Assembly (NCBI GenBank): GCA_038231275.1
Contig: JBBRLQ010000007.1
Span: 256,001-320,000, forward strand
Origin: Polyangiales bacterium
Lineage (GTDB): Bacteria; Myxococcota_A; Polyangia; Polyangiales; Polyangiaceae
Length of the DNA stretch: 64,000 bases
Direction: 5' to 3'
The notes beneath the pieces are model-generated. The model was not told where the DNA came from and ran no database searches. It worked only from the letters and a program-made list of their open reading frames with translations. Shown one piece after another: positions 61,686 through 64,000 of the stretch. How positions within the stretch are numbered: the first letter of the stretch is position 1; every line of letters begins with the position of its first letter. Both the position numbers and the translations under genes were made by a program.

Positions 61686-63449
61686 TCAGAACGGGATCGT
61701 GTAAAACGAGTAGTTGACCGACATCGGCACGCCGACGAAGGGCTCGACGCGGACCTTCGAGAAGCGCTCGAGGATGCAGCGACCGGTGCCGCTGCCGGCG
61801 TAAGGCGGTCCGAGGTAGGCCTCGGCCATCTTGCCGCTAGGGTTGAAGCGCACGCGCACACTGCCAGGACCGCGTGGACCGGTGCCGCGCGGGGCGATGC
61901 ACGCCGCGAGATCGGGCGAAGCCTCTGCGAGCGCGGCGCGCGCCGTCGGCGCCGAGAAGCGGCCTGGCGGGTGAGGAACGGGGGCGACGGCCATCGCGGG
62001 CGGCGCCGGCACGACGTCCGCGGGCAACGAGACGGTTCCAGGCTTCAGCGCGGTCGGCGCCGCGACGAGGACCTTCGCGCCGTGCGCAGAGGTCAGGCGA
62101 GCTTCTCTGCCCGAAGCGGGCGCGCGCGGGGCCGTCAGCGCGAGGAGCCCGACGATGCACGCCAGTGCCGCGGCGCCACCCGCCGCGATGATGCGCTGCT
62201 GCCGAGGCGTTCGCCCGACCGCCGCGAGGCGGCGCGTCATCGGTGATGGATCGAGCCCGGCAGGCGCGAGGAGATCCGCGTCGTCGAGCTCCTCCTCCTC
62301 ATGCAGCGCGAACCGCGGAGACGCGACGGGCATGGCCGGCGCGGACGGGGGCGAGACGGCGGGCGCGACCTCGGCGGTGGTCGACACGCGATCGTACGAC
62401 GGCGGCGACGGAGCTTCGGCGCGCCGCGCGGGAAGCGGTGGCGCCTTCTTCTTCGTCGGTGCGGCGGGCGCGATGCTCTTCGGCGCGCGAGACGCCGCGC
62501 GCGAGAGCTCGTCCCAGAACGAACGCATGTCGGGGAAGCGATCGCCGGGCGACGTCGCGAGCGCGCGGGTCAGCACCGCCTCGAGCTCGGGCCCGAGCGC
62601 GACGCCCATCGCGAGCGCCGTCGGCGGACCCATCTCATGCAGCGCGCGCACGGCCGCGCCGATGGTCGTTCCCGCGGCGACGACGGGCCGCGCCGCGAGC
62701 GCCTCGCAGAGAATTCGCGCGAACGCGAAGACGTCGCTCGCCGGGCCGATCGCGCCGAAGGACTTGTCCAGCTGCTCCGGCGCCGCGTACGGCGGGCACG
62801 GCAGGCTCGCCTCGGCGTCGATCGCCGCCTCGCGCACGCCCACGGCTGTAATGGCCGCGTGGTCGTTCAGCACTTTGCCGACGCCGAAATCGAGGACCTT
62901 CACCGCCGGTCCCTCTTCCGTCCACGCCACGAAGAGGCTCGAGGGCGTCAGCGCGTAGTGCCCGATGCCTTGGCTGTGCGCGAACGCCAGCGCGTCCGCC
63001 GCCGAGTCGAGCAAGGTCATGACCTCGCGGATCGAGCGCCGGCGCGACTGCTGCTTCGCGAGCTCCGACGCGAGGGAGCGCCCTTGCAGCCACTCGCGAA
63101 CGAGGTACGGCACCTTCGCGCCGGTGCGCGGCGAGGTCGTCGTCCCGCACGCGACGCTGTGGACGATGTGCGCGTGGCGTCGGCCGAGTTGGTAGTGGAT
63201 CCGCGCGCCTTCGCGGAGGCTCTCGATGAGCGGCTCGTACCGCTCGAGGTCGAGCGTGATCGGGAGGTTCAAGCATTTGATCGCCACCGGCGCGTCGACG
63301 CCTTCGTGGAGCCCGCGGTAGACGACCGAGAGCTCACCGCGTCCGCCGATCTCTTGCGCGCGAAACTGCCCGTCGATGAGCGTGCCGATCAATCCGAGCG
63401 GATCCACTCCGCTGTCGCTCGTCCGATCCATGCGTGCGCTCTCCCCCAT
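61686..63449 (-). CDS. Ser/Thr kinase-like pseudokinase with a TM segment and an AgmX/TonB-C-like C-terminal domain
   Basis: VAIK, DFG, YAAPE and SDVF retained, but the HRD loop reads HYALTPSS. Start 63449 or 63431. Confidence 0.8.
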   Translation of the reverse strand: MGESARMDRTSDSGVDPLGLIGTLIDGQFRAQEIGGRGELSVVYRGLHEGVDAPVAIKCLNLPITLDLERYEPLIESLREGARIHYQLGRRHAHIVHSVACGTTTSPRTGAKVPYLVREWLQGRSLASELAKQQSRRRSIREVMTLLDSAADALAFAHSQGIGHYALTPSSLFVAWTEEGPAVKVLDFGVGKVLNDHAAITAVGVREAAIDAEASLPCPPYAAPEQLDKSFGAIGPASDVFAFARILCEALAARPVVAAGTTIGAAVRALHEMGPPTALAMGVALGPELEAVLTRALATSPGDRFPDMRSFWDELSRAASRAPKSIAPAAPTKKKAPPLPARRAEAPSPPSYDRVSTTAEVAPAVSPPSAPAMPVASPRFALHEEEELDDADLLAPAGLDPSPMTRRLAAVGRTPRQQRIIAAGGAAALACIVGLLALTAPRAPASGREARLTSAHGAKVLVAAPTALKPGTVSLPADVVPAPPAMAVAPVPHPPGRFSAPTARAALAEASPDLAACIAPRGTGPRGPGSVRVRFNPSGKMAEAYLGPPYAGSGTGRCILERFSKVRVEPFVGVPMSVNYSFYTIPF

Positions 63450-63570
63450 GATTGCATTTGAGCGTAGCTCAGGAACGCGTGAGCGCGACCGCACGTTCTT
63501 GAAAAATATGAAAGAAGTCAGCGACCTACAGCATCCTTCGCTGTGGCCAGGGTGACCCCTCTACCTCACG

Positions 63571-63999
63571 TCAGCGCTCGCTCTTGCGCGTCGTCTTGGG
63601 CGCCTTCGGCGTGACCGCGGAGTAGGTGCCCGATCGGCCGGGAGCGTAGCGTCGCACGACGGCGAGGAGGCGATCGATGTCCACGGGCTTGCGGAGGACC
63701 TCGGACACGCCGAGCTCGGTCGCGTCGAACATGCCGCTCGCCGTCAGCGCGACGAACGGGACGTGTGTGAGGCTCGCCCACTTGCGCCGCTCGGCGAGGA
63801 ATTGCTTGCCGTCCATGACGGGCATCGTCAAATCCACGAGGACGAGCGCCGGCGCGCCGAACGTCGCCACGTGCTCGAGCGCGTCCAGCCCGTTGGCGAC
63901 GCCCACGATGACGTACCCGGCGAGGGTGAGCACCTCGGCGACCGCCTCGCGGACGCGCGCGTCGTCGTCGACGTGCAGGATGACTCTCTTCTCCGACAT
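63571..63999 (-). CDS. Single-domain response regulator (CheY-like receiver)
   Basis: HVDDD, VDLTMPVMDG, LTAS and KP motifs. Confidence 0.92.
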   Translation of the reverse strand: MSEKRVILHVDDDARVREAVAEVLTLAGYVIVGVANGLDALEHVATFGAPALVLVDLTMPVMDGKQFLAERRKWASLTHVPFVALTASGMFDATELGVSEVLRKPVDIDRLLAVVRRYAPGRSGTYSAVTPKAPKTTRKSER

Positions 64000-64000
64000 A

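Overview
A 64 kb, very GC-rich chromosomal window. The gene content points to a myxobacterium, probably Polyangiaceae/Sorangiineae-like: Hanks kinases with Pro-rich linkers, a giant TPR protein, many Cys-rich lipoproteins, an atypical Hsp70 and sigma54-like promoters. This assignment is an inference. About 50 real CDSs are supported; most other ORFs in the track are antisense or off-frame shadows. Core genes are tatBC, an rlmN-like radical SAM gene, ccmC/ccmD-like, lhr-nei, fmt, serC-serA and sahR-ahcY. I saw no rRNA, tRNA, CRISPR array, transposase or phage genes. The most unusual items are: (1) an Hsp70 split by a ~465-aa Pro/Gln-rich insert and lacking its lid, co-oriented with a J-protein and ccmCD; (2) a signal-peptide, coiled-coil ClpP-family protease; (3) an lhr-nei operon translationally coupled to a small HExxH protein; (4) several exported lipoprotein enzymes (L,D-transpeptidase plus a papain-like protein, SH3-NlpC/P60, a PHM-type copper monooxygenase, a PHI-1/EXORDIUM-like protein), many with sigma54-like promoters; (5) a hairpin-rich tandem repeat that supplies the stop codons of two convergent genes. 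All family calls come from recognising motifs by eye; no database search was run.
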